Positions 46,512 through 56,795 of a stretch of DNA of 64,000 bases are shown piece after piece. The translations under genes were made by a program, and so were the position numbers. The stretch is taken from positions 2,338 to 66,337 of the forward strand of contig CADAXQ010000007.1 in assembly GCA_902791935.1 (NCBI GenBank), given 5' to 3'. This DNA is from an uncultured Erysipelotrichaceae bacterium. GTDB taxonomy: Bacteria > Bacillota_I > Bacilli_A > RFN20 > CAG-826. The notes below the pieces were generated by a model that saw nothing but the letters and a program-made list of their open reading frames with translations, was not told the DNA's origin and searched no databases. The first letter of the stretch is position 1, and each line of letters begins with the position of its first letter.

Positions 46512-47070
46512 GTATCGCCGTCCGCATCGTGTCTCTTATGAAGGGGTTGCTTCCAAGGGGAACAACGTCGAATTCGGAGAATACGGCTTAGTCGCCACCG
46601 AAGGCGGCTATGTGGACAACCATCAAATCGAATCCGCTCGTATCGTGCTTGCCCGTTATACAGACCGTGCTGGCAAAGTTTGGATTCGTATCTTCCCGCA
46701 CCTTGCTCGTACCAAGAAACCGGCCGAAGTCCGTATGGGCTCTGGCAAAGGTTCGCCAGAAGCATGGGCTGCGGTCGTCAAACAAGGCAAAGTGCTCTTT
46801 GAAATCGGTGGCATTGCTCCCGAGGCCATGATCAACGCCTTGCACCAAGCGGGATTCAAACTCCCCATCAAGACCAAGGTTGTGAAACGGACGAAAGCCC
46901 TCTCGCAAGCCGACTTACTCAAGATGGAAGAGCAACACGAATCCACGTTGGAAGCCATTGAAGCAGAAGACCAAATCACGACGGAGACCATCTCGGATAC
47001 CGGCAATGAAACACCGGCTGCGGATGCCACTCCAGCTGCTGATGCTGCGCCGAAGGAGGAAGCGAAATAA
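46489..47070 (+). CDS. rplP: 50S ribosomal protein L16 with an acidic ~55-aa C-terminal extension
   Basis: [11 protein letters not shown] canonical start; C-terminal tail ...[47 protein letters not shown]. Confidence 0.96.
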   Translation: MLQPKRVKYRRPHRVSYEGVASKGNNVEFGEYGLVATEGGYVDNHQIESARIVLARYTDRAGKVWIRIFPHLARTKKPAEVRMGSGKGSPEAWAAVVKQGKVLFEIGGIAPEAMINALHQAGFKLPIKTKVVKRTKALSQADLLKMEEQHESTLEAIEAEDQITTETISDTGNETPAADATPAADAAPKEEAK

Positions 47071-47282
47071 TGACCATCAAAGAAATCCGGGCCTTATCGC
47101 CCGAAGAGCTCGATCAAAAACTCGCCGAACTCAAACAACGCCGTTTCGAACTCAAACGGCAAGCGGCAGTGGGTCAGCTCGAACATCCGGACGATTTGCA
47201 CTTCGTCCGCAAAGATATTGCGAAAGTCGAGACTGTGAAGCGTGAGCGCGAGCTCCAAATCAAAGCCCCGGAAAGCAAATAA
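47070..47282 (+). CDS. rpmC: 50S ribosomal protein L29
   Basis: [29 protein letters not shown]; TAATG overlap with rplP. Confidence 0.96.
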   Translation: MTIKEIRALSPEELDQKLAELKQRRFELKRQAAVGQLEHPDDLHFVRKDIAKVETVKRERELQIKAPESK

Positions 47283-47297
47283 AGAAAGGAGACTGTT

Positions 47298-47651
47298 ATG
47301 GAAAGAAATACTCGTACGACATTCCAAGGCGTCGTAACCTCGATCAAAATGGATAAAACCATCACGGTCACGGTTTCCACGAAGCAAAACGATCCCCTTT
47401 ATCAAAAGAGAGTCGGATACAGCAAAAAGTATCATGCTCACGACGAAAAGAACGCAGCCCACGTTGGCGACCTCGTCACCATCATGGCTTGCCGTCCAAT
47501 CTCGAAGACAAAACGCTTCATCTTAGTGTCCATCGATAAGAAAGCGGTGGCGGCTGAGAAAGCGGATGAAGTCGAAGCAAAGTTAGAAGCGAGTGAAGGC
47601 AGTGCCGAACTCGTGAACGAAGAAGCGAAACCCGAAGCGGAGGCGAAATAA
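47298..47651 (+). CDS. rpsQ: 30S ribosomal protein S17 with a C-terminal extension
   Basis: S17 core ([17 protein letters not shown]...) plus tail [33 protein letters not shown]. Confidence 0.96.
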   Translation: MERNTRTTFQGVVTSIKMDKTITVTVSTKQNDPLYQKRVGYSKKYHAHDEKNAAHVGDLVTIMACRPISKTKRFILVSIDKKAVAAEKADEVEAKLEASEGSAELVNEEAKPEAEAK

Positions 47652-47653
47652 CT

Positions 47654-48022
47654 ATGGTTCAAAATGAAACGAATCTCGTCGTCGCCGATAACTCCGGTGC
47701 ACGTGCGGTGCGTATCTTCCGTCAATTCGGCGGATCGCACAAGAAGAGCTCGACGTTAGGGGACATCGTCCTCTGCGCGGTCAAAGATGTCACGCCGAAT
47801 GGCAAGATCAAAAAAGGCTCGGTCGTCAAAGGCGTCATCGTGCGGGTCAAGCGCCCCGTCCTTCGTAAGGATGGCTCCTTGATTTCCTTCGATGACAACG
47901 CGGTCGTCCTCATCGATAACGACGGGAACCCGTTAGGCACTCGTGTCTTCGGGCCAGTCGCCCGCGAACTCCGGGATAAAGGCTACATGAAAATCATTTC
48001 TTTAGCCCCTGAAGTCTTGTAA
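47654..48022 (+). CDS. rplN: 50S ribosomal protein L14
   Basis: [17 protein letters not shown]... Confidence 0.98.
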   Translation: MVQNETNLVVADNSGARAVRIFRQFGGSHKKSSTLGDIVLCAVKDVTPNGKIKKGSVVKGVIVRVKRPVLRKDGSLISFDDNAVVLIDNDGNPLGTRVFGPVARELRDKGYMKIISLAPEVL

Positions 48023-48034
48023 GGAGAAAGAAAC

Positions 48035-48346
48035 ATGAACATCAAAACTGGTGATAAAGTGATCGTTCTCTCGGGCGATGACAAAGGCAAGGTTGGCGTA
48101 GTCCAAAAGGTCTATCCATCCTTAAACAAAGTCGTCGTCGAAGGCGTGAACGTCCACAAGAAACACAAGAAACCGACCCAAGCAACTCCAGAAGGATCCA
48201 TCTTGGACATCTATGTTCCGATGGATGCCTCGAAAGTTGCCTTAGTCGATCCCAAAACGAAAAAAGCAACCCGTGTCCACCACAAAGTGGTCGACGGTAA
48301 GAAAATTCGCGTCAATGCGAAAGGCGAAAGCTTAGAGAAGAAGTAA
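48035..48346 (+). CDS. rplX: 50S ribosomal protein L24
   Basis: [23 protein letters not shown] (KOW motif). Confidence 0.97.
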   Translation: MNIKTGDKVIVLSGDDKGKVGVVQKVYPSLNKVVVEGVNVHKKHKKPTQATPEGSILDIYVPMDASKVALVDPKTKKATRVHHKVVDGKKIRVNAKGESLEKK

Positions 48347-48359
48347 GGGAGGAATTCCA

Positions 48360-49010
48360 ATGGCAGAAGAAAAGAAAGTTGCTGCGAAGAAAGCCGCCCC
48401 GAAAGCTGCTTCCGCAAAGAAAGCCGCTCCAAAAGCGGAAAAAGTCGCAAAGCCGGCTGAACCGGCCTATGTGAACCGTTTGGTCAAGAAATACAAAGAA
48501 CAAGTGGTTCCAGCCCTCATCAAAGAATTTGGCTACACCTCGCCGATGCAAGCGCCGAAATTTGAGAAGATTGTCATCAATATCGGTGTTGGCGACGCAA
48601 CGCAAAATGCCAAAGCGCTCGAAGATTCTGTCGCGGAATTAGCCGCGATTACCGGACAAGCGCCAGTCATCACGAAAGCGAAGAAGTCCATCGCGACCTT
48701 CAAACTTCGTGAAGGCCAAGCCATCGGATGCAAAGTGACGCTCCGGGGAACCCGCATGTACGAGTTCTATGATAAACTCGTCTCCATCGCGCTTCCGCGT
48801 GTCCGTGACTTCCGCGGCGTTTCCAAAAACGCCTTTGACGGCCATGGCAACTACACCCTCGGTGTCAAAGAACAATTGATCTTCCCCGAAATCGACTACG
48901 ATAAGGTCTCGAAGATCCGTGGCATGGACGTCGTCATCGTGACGACCGCCCAAACCGATGAAGAAGCGTTCGCGCTCCTTCGTGAAATGGGCATGCCCTT
49001 CAAGAAATAA
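48360..49010 (+). CDS. rplE: 50S ribosomal protein L5 with a ~35-aa K/A-rich N-terminal extension
   Basis: The L5 core begins at [17 protein letters not shown]. It is preceded by [36 protein letters not shown]. Confidence 0.96.
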   Translation: MAEEKKVAAKKAAPKAASAKKAAPKAEKVAKPAEPAYVNRLVKKYKEQVVPALIKEFGYTSPMQAPKFEKIVINIGVGDATQNAKALEDSVAELAAITGQAPVITKAKKSIATFKLREGQAIGCKVTLRGTRMYEFYDKLVSIALPRVRDFRGVSKNAFDGHGNYTLGVKEQLIFPEIDYDKVSKIRGMDVVIVTTAQTDEEAFALLREMGMPFKK

Positions 49011-49022
49011 CGAGGTAATTTC

Positions 49023-49208
49023 ATGGCAAAGAAAAGTTTGATCAACAAATGCAATCGCCCGCAAAAGTTCTCGACGCGTGAATATACGCGTTGCCAACGC
49101 TGCGGACGTCCTCACGGCGTCATTCGCAAATTCGGCCTCTGCCGTATTTGCTTACGGGAAATGGCCTACAAGGGCGAAATCCCAGGACTCAAGAAATCTT
49201 CATGGTAA
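49023..49208 (+). CDS. rpsN: 30S ribosomal protein S14 type Z (zinc-binding form)
   Basis: 61 aa with [20 protein letters not shown] (four Cys). Confidence 0.96.
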   Translation: MAKKSLINKCNRPQKFSTREYTRCQRCGRPHGVIRKFGLCRICLREMAYKGEIPGLKKSSW

Positions 49209-49226
49209 GGAAAGGAGACCAAGAAC

Positions 49227-49622
49227 ATGAACGCAGATCCGATCGCTGACATGCTGACTCGCATCCGGAACGCCAACGCGCTCCGCTATGAGAACGTCTC
49301 CATGCCTTACAGCAAAATCAAAGGAGAAATCGCGAAGATCCTTCTTCGTGAAGGCTACATCGCTTCCTTCGCCGCTGATGGCGAAGGGGCTCGCAAAACC
49401 CTCAACATCACGCTCAAATATGGCCCGAATGGCGAACGCGTCATCACCAATTTGAAGCGCATCAGCAAACCTGGCCTCCGCGTCACCGTGGAAGCTGACA
49501 AAATCCCAAGCGTCTTAAAGGGCCTTGGCATCGCCATCATCTCGACTCCGAACGGCATCATGACCGACAAGGAAGCGAGAAAACAAGGCGTTGGCGGAGA
49601 AGTGCTCTGCTACGTCTGGTGA
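49227..49622 (+). CDS. rpsH: 30S ribosomal protein S8
   Basis: [16 protein letters not shown]...; ends YVW-TGA. Confidence 0.98.
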   Translation: MNADPIADMLTRIRNANALRYENVSMPYSKIKGEIAKILLREGYIASFAADGEGARKTLNITLKYGPNGERVITNLKRISKPGLRVTVEADKIPSVLKGLGIAIISTPNGIMTDKEARKQGVGGEVLCYVW

Positions 49623-49651
49623 AGAACAAAGAAAGAAGAGAGTAACACGAT

Positions 49652-50212
49652 ATGTCACGTATTGGATTTAAACCCATTGCTCTTCCTGAAGGCGTTTCTT
49701 ACGTCAAAGAAGGAAACGTCATCACCGTCAAAGGACCCAAAGGCGAAGTAAGCGTCCACTTTCCGTCGGACGTCAGCGTCGAGGAGAAAGACGGTGCCTT
49801 GCATGTTCGTCCCTTAGAAGAAGGATCGAAGCAAGGTTCTGCGGACCACGGAACGACCGCGGCCAACCTCAATAATGCCGTGAAAGGCGTTACGGAAGGC
49901 TGGAAGAAAGAGCTCGAAATTAATGGCACTGGTTATCGTGCCGCCGTCAAGAACGGCTCGGTCACGATGTTCTTAGGCTACAGTCACGAAATCACCGTCG
50001 CTCCGATTGGCAAATACACGAAGATTGTTTGCCCCGATGAAACGCACGTCGTCGTCGAAGGATGCGACAAGCAAGAAGTCGGCCAAACCGCTGCGCTCAT
50101 TTATGATAAGCATCGTCCTGATGTCTACGGACAAAAGGGTGTGCATTATAAAGGGCAACACCTCATCAAGAAGATCGGCAAACGCGCTGCAGCCACGGGT
50201 GCTAAGAAGTAA
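49652..50212 (+). CDS. rplF: 50S ribosomal protein L6
   Basis: [17 protein letters not shown]... Confidence 0.97.
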   Translation: MSRIGFKPIALPEGVSYVKEGNVITVKGPKGEVSVHFPSDVSVEEKDGALHVRPLEEGSKQGSADHGTTAANLNNAVKGVTEGWKKELEINGTGYRAAVKNGSVTMFLGYSHEITVAPIGKYTKIVCPDETHVVVEGCDKQEVGQTAALIYDKHRPDVYGQKGVHYKGQHLIKKIGKRAAATGAKK

Positions 50213-50229
50213 TCGGAGGAACTTGGATT

Positions 50230-50586
50230 ATGATCAAAAAAGAATCGCGGTCCGCTGTCCGGGAACGCCGGCACCTTCGTGTCCGCAAAAAGGTCTCGGG
50301 TACCCCCGAATGCCCACGCTTAGTCGTTTTCCGTTCGAACAAGAACATCGAAGCGCAAATTATCGATGACACCAAAGGAGCAACTCTGGTGAGCTCCTCC
50401 TCCGTCCAACTCAAGTTGGCCAATGGCTCCAATTGCGAAGCCGCTGCCAAAGTGGGTGAAGACATTGCGAAGAAAGCAATAGCCCTCAAGATCACGAAAG
50501 TGGTCTTCGATCGTGGCGGCTATCAATATCATGGCCGTGTCGAAGCTCTTGCCGATGCCGCAAGAAAAGGAGGCTTAGTCTTCTAA
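50230..50586 (+). CDS. rplR: 50S ribosomal protein L18
   Basis: [15 protein letters not shown]...[24 protein letters not shown]. Confidence 0.97.
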   Translation: MIKKESRSAVRERRHLRVRKKVSGTPECPRLVVFRSNKNIEAQIIDDTKGATLVSSSSVQLKLANGSNCEAAAKVGEDIAKKAIALKITKVVFDRGGYQYHGRVEALADAARKGGLVF

Positions 50587-50596
50587 GGAGTCAAAT

Positions 50597-51307
50597 ATGG
50601 AAGAAAACAAGAACATTGCTCCCGCTCAAACGGAACAAAAACCTGCTGAAAACCGCCAAAGTGGCAATCCGCAATACGAACCCCGTGGCTCGCGCTCCGC
50701 GGAACGCCCTGGCAGCCGTAAATATGGCAACCATCGTGGCAAACCTGGCGAACGCCGTGGTGGCCGTGGTGGCTTCCGTCGTCCCGAAGACGATTACCAA
50801 GATCGTGTCGTCTCCATCAACCGCGTCTGCCGCGTGGAAATGGGTGGCAAAACCGTCCGTTTCGATGCGCTCGTCGTCGTTGGGGATCAAAAAGGCCATT
50901 ATGGCTTTGCGATGCGGAAATCCGGTGAAGTTCCGGATGCCATGAAGAAAGCAGTCACTGCTGCTAAGAAAGACCTCCATTATGTGAAGGTTGGCAAAGG
51001 CGGCACGATTGCCCACGATGTCGAAGGAACTTATACTTCGACGAAAGTCGTCTTGAAACCAGCTCCCGCTGGCACGGGTATCGTCGCTGGTGGCGCCGTC
51101 CGTGCGGTGCTCGAACTCGCTGGCATCAAAAACATCGTTTCCAAAGTCTATGGTTCGCGTACGGCCATCAACGTCGTCCGTGCCACAGATGCGGCGTTAC
51201 AAAGCTTGAAGGACTATGACAAGATCATGGTGCTTCGTGGCTTAAAGACTCCCGAAGAAATCAAAGCTTCGCATGTCCAACAAGCTCCGGCGAAAGGAGA
51301 TAAGTAA
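50597..51307 (+). CDS. rpsE: 30S ribosomal protein S5 with a ~65-aa R/G/P-rich N-terminal extension
   Basis: The S5 core starts near DRVVSINRVCRVEMGGK. The preceding segment is rich in RGSRSAERPGSRKYGNHRGKPGERRGGRGGFRRPED. Confidence 0.96.
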   Translation: MEENKNIAPAQTEQKPAENRQSGNPQYEPRGSRSAERPGSRKYGNHRGKPGERRGGRGGFRRPEDDYQDRVVSINRVCRVEMGGKTVRFDALVVVGDQKGHYGFAMRKSGEVPDAMKKAVTAAKKDLHYVKVGKGGTIAHDVEGTYTSTKVVLKPAPAGTGIVAGGAVRAVLELAGIKNIVSKVYGSRTAINVVRATDAALQSLKDYDKIMVLRGLKTPEEIKASHVQQAPAKGDK

Positions 51308-51309
51308 TC

Positions 51310-51756
51310 ATGGCTGAAAATCTTAGTACCATCGTGGTCGTTCCAGGTTCGAAAAAAGAACACTTCCGGAAAGGCCAAGGTTTGGGCTCTGGCAACGGCA
51401 AGACCGCTGGCAAAGGCCAAAAAGGCCAAGGTGCCCACGCCCATACGAAGAAACACGGCTTTGAAGGTGGCCAAATGCCGCTTGCTCGCCGTCTTCCCAA
51501 ATATGGTTTCCGTAACCTCGCCCGTGTCGAGATGGAAATCGTCAATGTCGGTGCGTTAGAAGTCTTTGAAGATGGCGCAACTGTCAATGCAGCTGCCCTT
51601 CAAGAAAAAGGCTTAGTGAAAAGCATCGCCAATGGCGTTAAAATTCTTGGCAAGGGAACCTTGAGCAAAAAGCTCACCGTGCAAGCCAATGCCTTCTCTC
51701 AGTCTGCGAAAGCAGCCATTGAAGCCAAAGGCGGCAAGGCCGAGGAAGTCAAATAA
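51310..51756 (+). CDS. rplO: 50S ribosomal protein L15
   Basis: GSGNGKTAGKGQKGQ motif. It starts 2 nt after the rpsE stop, so no L30 gene lies between them. Confidence 0.96.
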   Translation: MAENLSTIVVVPGSKKEHFRKGQGLGSGNGKTAGKGQKGQGAHAHTKKHGFEGGQMPLARRLPKYGFRNLARVEMEIVNVGALEVFEDGATVNAAALQEKGLVKSIANGVKILGKGTLSKKLTVQANAFSQSAKAAIEAKGGKAEEVK

Positions 51757-53108
51757 TGAAAAAACTCGTCTCAATCTTCAATAACAAAGACATCGTCAAC
51801 CGCATCGTTTTCACGGTCATGATCCTCTTTGTCCTACGGATTGGGGCAGCCATCACGGTCCCGGGGGTGAAAGTCTCCGAACAACTCTCGAACATCATGA
51901 GTAGCGGCAATTCGCTCGCGATCATGGATTTACTCGGAGGAGGTGCGTTAAGTAACTTCTCCGTGTTCGCGCTCGGGGTTTCTCCCTACATCACCGCGCA
52001 GATCATCATTCAGCTTCTCTCGAAAGATGTGCTTCCTGCACTCACTGAGCTTTCTAAGCAAGGCGAATATGGCCGGAAGAAAATCGAGATGGCGACGCGT
52101 TACCTCACATTGCTCTTAGGGGCGGTGCAAGGTTACGGTATGATCCGTACGATGATCAACCAAAACTACATTTCGTTAACGCTCGCCGATAACTTCTGGA
52201 CCTATGCCTATATCGTTACCGTGCTCTTGGCTGGCGCCATGCTCACCATGTGGCTCGGCGACCAAATCACCGAAAAAGGGTTAGGAAACGGGATTTCCGT
52301 CATCATTGGTGCCGGATGTATCCGTTCCTTACCGACCCAGATTCGTACGGCCTGGGAGAAGTGGGTGACGGGGAATGTGGACTACGGATCGAGCCAAATG
52401 ATCAAAGGCGCCTTCCAATTCGCACTCTACATCTTCGCGATGTTCGTCGTCATCGCCTTTGTCGTCTTCATTGAATTGTCGCAACGCCGTATCCCCGTTC
52501 AACACGCGGGAAAAGGTGGTGCGACCGCATCGATGGCCCGTGCTTCGTTCTTACCGATTAAAGTGAACTCGTCTGGGGTTATCCCGGTCATCTTCGCTTC
52601 TTCGATCTTAACGGCACCGTCCATCATTGCCTCATTTATCTCTTCGGATGCCGCTAACGCGAGTTGGCTTAGCATCTTCAATTACAATACGACCATGACC
52701 ATGACGAACTTCGATGGCTCGACATGGAACATGAACTGGGGCTTGTTCATCTACTTGGCACTCATCATCGCCTTCACGTTCTTCTACGCGGAGATGCAGA
52801 TTGATCCAGAGACCTTAGCGGACAACTTCCAGAAATCGGGTTCTTATATCCCGGGCATTCGTCCGGGCAAAGAAACGGAACGTTACGTGTCCAAAGTCTT
52901 AAACCGCGTGACGTTCATTGGCGCGATTGCCTTAGCGGCCATCTCCGCCTTGCCGATCATCTTGGTTTGGACCAATGTGTTCGGTTCCGATTCGTCCTTG
53001 GCCATCGGTGGCACAGGACTCATCATCGTCGTTGGCGTTGCCATCGAACTCAATGCGCAGGTTGACGGCTTAGTCGCCGGCAAATCCTACGATCGAAAGG
53101 AGGCCTAA
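51756..53108 (+). CDS. secY: Preprotein translocase subunit SecY
   Basis: A 10-TM protein with LGVSPYITAQIIIQLL motif; TAATG overlap with rplO. Confidence 0.97.
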   Translation: MKKLVSIFNNKDIVNRIVFTVMILFVLRIGAAITVPGVKVSEQLSNIMSSGNSLAIMDLLGGGALSNFSVFALGVSPYITAQIIIQLLSKDVLPALTELSKQGEYGRKKIEMATRYLTLLLGAVQGYGMIRTMINQNYISLTLADNFWTYAYIVTVLLAGAMLTMWLGDQITEKGLGNGISVIIGAGCIRSLPTQIRTAWEKWVTGNVDYGSSQMIKGAFQFALYIFAMFVVIAFVVFIELSQRRIPVQHAGKGGATASMARASFLPIKVNSSGVIPVIFASSILTAPSIIASFISSDAANASWLSIFNYNTTMTMTNFDGSTWNMNWGLFIYLALIIAFTFFYAEMQIDPETLADNFQKSGSYIPGIRPGKETERYVSKVLNRVTFIGAIALAAISALPIILVWTNVFGSDSSLAIGGTGLIIVVGVAIELNAQVDGLVAGKSYDRKEA

Positions 53109-53110
53109 CC

Positions 53111-53767
53111 ATGCTGAACATCATCCTTATGGGTCCGCCAGGAGCTGGCAAAGGAACCCATGCCCAATGGATGTCCACCGACTTCCAAATCCCCCATATC
53201 TCCACGGGCGATATGTTCCGTGAAGCCATGAGTAGCGGAAGTGCGTTAGGCAACCAAATCAAAGACATTGTCAATCGCGGGGACCTCGTGAGCGATGAGC
53301 TCACCTGCGCCCTCGTGAAAGAACGGCTCTCGAAACCCGATTGTGCGAATGGCTATCTCTTAGATGGCTTCCCTCGCACACTTGAGCAAGCGAAAGCATT
53401 CCGTGAAATGGGCAAAGAAATCGGTCGTGCACCGAATCTCGTCGTGAATATTGCTGCTCCAGACGAATTACTCGTCCAGCGCATTACGACAAGACGCGTT
53501 TGCCCACATTGCGGCGCGAGTTACAACGTTGTGACCATGAAACCGAAGCAAGAAGGCATCTGCGATGTTTGCGGAACCCCCTTGATTCAGCGGAAAGATG
53601 ACAACGAAGAATCGTTCAAGGTTCGTCTCGCGAATTATTACAAGAGCACAGCCCCGCTTCTGGAATTCTATCGAGAAGAAGGCTTGCTTCACGAGTTTGA
53701 CGGAACCGTTGGATTCGTGGCTCTTAAGAAGGACATCACTGCCCTTCTCCAGGAGATACAAAAGTGA
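53111..53767 (+). CDS. adk: Adenylate kinase (zinc-lid form)
   Basis: GPPGAGKGT P-loop; lid CPHCG...CDVCG. Confidence 0.97.
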   Translation: MLNIILMGPPGAGKGTHAQWMSTDFQIPHISTGDMFREAMSSGSALGNQIKDIVNRGDLVSDELTCALVKERLSKPDCANGYLLDGFPRTLEQAKAFREMGKEIGRAPNLVVNIAAPDELLVQRITTRRVCPHCGASYNVVTMKPKQEGICDVCGTPLIQRKDDNEESFKVRLANYYKSTAPLLEFYREEGLLHEFDGTVGFVALKKDITALLQEIQK

Positions 53768-54531
53768 TCATCATCAAATCCCCTCGCGAGATTGAGCTGA
53801 TGCGGAAGGCAGGGGCCTTAACGGCCAAAGTCTTCGAAGTCGTCGGCCCGCTCGTGAAACCTGGTGTTTCAACCCAATACCTTGCCGATGTGGCGGACAA
53901 AGTCATGACGGAAGGCGGTGGCAGAAGTGCCGAAAAAGGTTATGGCGGATTCCCGGGCGCGCTTTGTGCCAGTGTCAATGAGGTGCTGGTGCATGGCATC
54001 CCCTCGCCGAAGAAGATTCTGCGAGACGGAGATATCATCTCCTTGGATGTCGTGGCGGAATTAAATGGCTACATGGGTGATGCTTGCCGCACGTATGCGG
54101 TCGGCATTTGCCCCGAAGCAAAATTACGCCTTATCCACGTGACGGAACAATGTTTCTGGAACGCGGTGAAGCTCATCCATGAAGGCGCCCATCTCGGTGA
54201 CATCTCTCATGAAATTCAAGTGACGGCGGAGTCCAACGGATACTCCGTGCCCTTAGAGTTCACGGGACATGGCATTGGCCGAGAGATGCATGAAGACCCG
54301 TATATTCCAGACTATGGTGTAGCCGGAACCGGGCCGGTCCTTCGCGAAGGGATGACCTTGGCGATTGAACCGATGGTCTTAATGGGATCGAACAAACTTC
54401 GGACCATGAAAGACGGCTGGACTACCGTATCCAAAGATGGCAAACCCAGCGCACATTATGAAAACACTGTCCTTGTGACCAAAGATGGTTATGAGGTTCT
54501 CACTTTGGAGCAAGGAGGAAAAATCCATTGA
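53764..54531 (+). CDS. map: Methionine aminopeptidase type I
   Basis: [16 protein letters not shown] start region and metal ligands (D..D..H..E..E pattern). The GTG start overlaps the adk stop. Confidence 0.93.
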   Translation: MIIIKSPREIELMRKAGALTAKVFEVVGPLVKPGVSTQYLADVADKVMTEGGGRSAEKGYGGFPGALCASVNEVLVHGIPSPKKILRDGDIISLDVVAELNGYMGDACRTYAVGICPEAKLRLIHVTEQCFWNAVKLIHEGAHLGDISHEIQVTAESNGYSVPLEFTGHGIGREMHEDPYIPDYGVAGTGPVLREGMTLAIEPMVLMGSNKLRTMKDGWTTVSKDGKPSAHYENTVLVTKDGYEVLTLEQGGKIH

Positions 54532-54749
54532 GCAAAGAAGACTGCATTGAAGTGGAAGCGACCGTTCTCGAGTGTCTCCCGAACGCAAACTTCAAGGTGA
54601 AATTGGCCAATGGCATGGTTGCTCAGGCCTGCGTTTCTGGAAAAATTCGTATGCATTACATTCGAATCCTTCCAGGCGATCGAGTGACCGTCCAATTCTC
54701 TCCTTACGATTTAACACGTGGGCGTATCACATTCCGTTACAAAAATTAG
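54528..54749 (+). CDS. infA: Translation initiation factor IF-1
   Basis: (M)[28 protein letters not shown] aligns from residue 1 with bacterial IF-1. The TTG start overlaps the map TGA. Confidence 0.93.
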   Translation: MSKEDCIEVEATVLECLPNANFKVKLANGMVAQACVSGKIRMHYIRILPGDRVTVQFSPYDLTRGRITFRYKN

Positions 54750-54785
54750 CCAGAATCGACTGACTCTGGCAAGGAGTTAGAAACC

Positions 54786-54899
54786 ATGAAAGTAAGACCA
54801 TCCGTCAAACCGATCTGCGATAAATGCAAGATCATCCGCCGGCACGGCGTTGTCATGTGCATCTGCCCGAATCCGAAGCATAAGCAAAGACAGGGCTAA
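54786..54899 (+). CDS. rpmJ: 50S ribosomal protein L36 (zinc-binding form)
   Basis: A 37-aa ORF below the ORF-track cutoff: [39 protein letters not shown] aaggag upstream. Confidence 0.95.
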   Translation: MKVRPSVKPICDKCKIIRRHGVVMCICPNPKHKQRQG

Positions 54900-54919
54900 T
54901 CAAGGAGAATCGCTAAACT

Positions 54920-55294
54920 ATGGCACGTATTGATGGGGTTGATATCCCCAGTGAAAAACGCGTCGTCATCTCGCTGACCTACATCTATGGCATCGGCGAC
55001 ACGACCGCGAAAAAAATCTGCAAAGATGCTGGTGTCTCAGAAGACATCCGCGTCAAGAATTTGACTGACGACCAACTCGTTGCACTTCGTACCGAGGTCG
55101 CCAAGTACAAGACCGAAGGCGATTTACGCCGTGAAGTCGCGTTAAACATCAAACGCTTACAAGAAATTGGATGCTACCGTGGCTTACGCCATAAGAAAGG
55201 CCTTCCGGTCCGTGGGCAACGCACCAAAACGAATGCGCGTACCCGCAAAGGCAAACGGAAGACGATTGCCAATAAGAAAGAAGCCACGAAGTAA
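54920..55294 (+). CDS. rpsM: 30S ribosomal protein S13
   Basis: [26 protein letters not shown]... Confidence 0.98.
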   Translation: MARIDGVDIPSEKRVVISLTYIYGIGDTTAKKICKDAGVSEDIRVKNLTDDQLVALRTEVAKYKTEGDLRREVALNIKRLQEIGCYRGLRHKKGLPVRGQRTKTNARTRKGKRKTIANKKEATK

Positions 55295-55312
55295 GGCGGA
55301 AAGGAGTGAATT

Positions 55313-55720
55313 ATGGCTGCTCAACAAAAAACTGCAAAAACCACGAGCGCTCGTAAAAAGAAAGTCAAGCGCACCTTTACCGTGGGCACGGTTCACGTGC
55401 ACGCTTCGTTCAACAACACGATTGTGAACATCACCGACCTCCAAGGCAACGTCATTGCCTGGTCGAGCGCTGGTGCTTTAGGCTACAAAGGCGCTAAGAA
55501 AGCGACCCCATTCGCAGCGCAACTCGCTGCCGAAGCTGCGGGCAAATCCGCCTTTGACCAAGGCCTCCGTCAAGTCAACGTTGAAGTGAAAGGACCTGGC
55601 CCTGGCCGTGAATCCGCCATCCGCGCCCTTGCTAACGTTGGACTTCAAGTTCTGTCCATTACGGATACCACACCAGTTCCGCACAATGGCTGCCGCCCGC
55701 CGAAGAGACCGCGCGGCTAA
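55313..55720 (+). CDS. rpsK: 30S ribosomal protein S11
   Basis: [18 protein letters not shown]...[12 protein letters not shown]. Confidence 0.98.
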   Translation: MAAQQKTAKTTSARKKKVKRTFTVGTVHVHASFNNTIVNITDLQGNVIAWSSAGALGYKGAKKATPFAAQLAAEAAGKSAFDQGLRQVNVEVKGPGPGRESAIRALANVGLQVLSITDTTPVPHNGCRPPKRPRG

Positions 55721-55782
55721 TCCGCTTTGTCTCAAACACGCGCTAAACGCGCATCGGGAAAAATAGGAGGAAACAATCCCTA

Positions 55783-56793
55783 ATGGCTAACAACAATATC
55801 GAACAACAAGCGGAAGAACTCCGTCTTCCCAAGCCCTTCGTCCCCTTTGATTTCACCATCGAAGTCGACGATGAAGCGGAACATTACGCCCGCTTCGTGA
55901 TCAAACCTTTGGAAAAAGGTTTCGGCATGACGATTGGAAACGCGCTTCGTCGTGTTCTCCTTGGTGCTCTTCCAGGCGCCAGCGTCTATGCGGTGAAGAT
56001 TGACGGCGTCCGTCATGAATTCTCGTCCATTCCGGGCGTGGAAGAAGACGTGACCGCCATTGTCTTGAACCTCAAGGACTTGATCTTAAAAATTGACAGC
56101 GATGACCCGAAAGAAGTCAAAGAACTTGATGTTGACTTCCAAGGTCCTGGTGTCTTAAAAGCAGCAGACATTCAATGCCCTGCGATGGTCACGATCGTGA
56201 ACCCCGATTTAGAAATCGCTCACGTGAACGCCAATGGTCACATCAAGATGCAAATCTTCGCTGGCCAAGGCCGTGGCTACTACACCTCGGATATGAACAA
56301 AGTCGAACGCGGCGTGAACCAAATCGGTTACATCGCGACCGACTCGAACTATTCGCCGGTTGTCAAAGTCGCTTATTCGGTCGACGCAACCCGTGTCGAA
56401 CACGATTCGCGCTTCGACAAATTGACGTTAGAAGTGACCACCAATGGCGCGGTCAAACCGCATGAAGCCGTTGCCATGGCCGCTCAAATCCTCATTGCGC
56501 ACTTGCAAAAGCTCACGCAACTCGATGATAAAGTGAAGAACTTCAAACTCGAGAAAGAGGAAGTCAAGCCGGAAGAAAACAAATATCAAGGCATGCTCAT
56601 CGAAGAACTCGACTTGAGCGTCCGGAGCAACAATTGCTTGAAGCGTGCTGGTATCTCCACCGTCGCCGAACTCACCCAAAAGAGCGAAGACGAAATGATG
56701 AAGGTCCGTAACCTCGGCAAAAAGTCGCTCAAAGAAGTCAAGGAAAAGCTGGCTCAAATCGGCTTACACTTCCGTGACTATGTAGGAGAATAA
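55783..56793 (+). CDS. rpoA: DNA-directed RNA polymerase subunit alpha
   Basis: LEKGFGMTIGNALRRVLL N-terminal domain and C-terminal domain LSVRSNNCLKRAGISTVAEL. Confidence 0.97.
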   Translation: MANNNIEQQAEELRLPKPFVPFDFTIEVDDEAEHYARFVIKPLEKGFGMTIGNALRRVLLGALPGASVYAVKIDGVRHEFSSIPGVEEDVTAIVLNLKDLILKIDSDDPKEVKELDVDFQGPGVLKAADIQCPAMVTIVNPDLEIAHVNANGHIKMQIFAGQGRGYYTSDMNKVERGVNQIGYIATDSNYSPVVKVAYSVDATRVEHDSRFDKLTLEVTTNGAVKPHEAVAMAAQILIAHLQKLTQLDDKVKNFKLEKEEVKPEENKYQGMLIEELDLSVRSNNCLKRAGISTVAELTQKSEDEMMKVRNLGKKSLKEVKEKLAQIGLHFRDYVGE

Positions 56794-56795
56794 CA

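Noticed and set aside
41895-51587. Many long antisense or off-frame ORFs inside the ribosomal operon (for example 41895-42416 -, 44948-45460 -, 46656-47030 -, 48639-49115 -, 50591-51016 -, 51261-51587 -).
   Set aside because: They overlap highly conserved r-protein genes. They encode low-complexity or Arg/Ser-rich nonsense that mirrors the sense-strand K/A-rich codons, and they lack RBSs. They are typical shadow ORFs.
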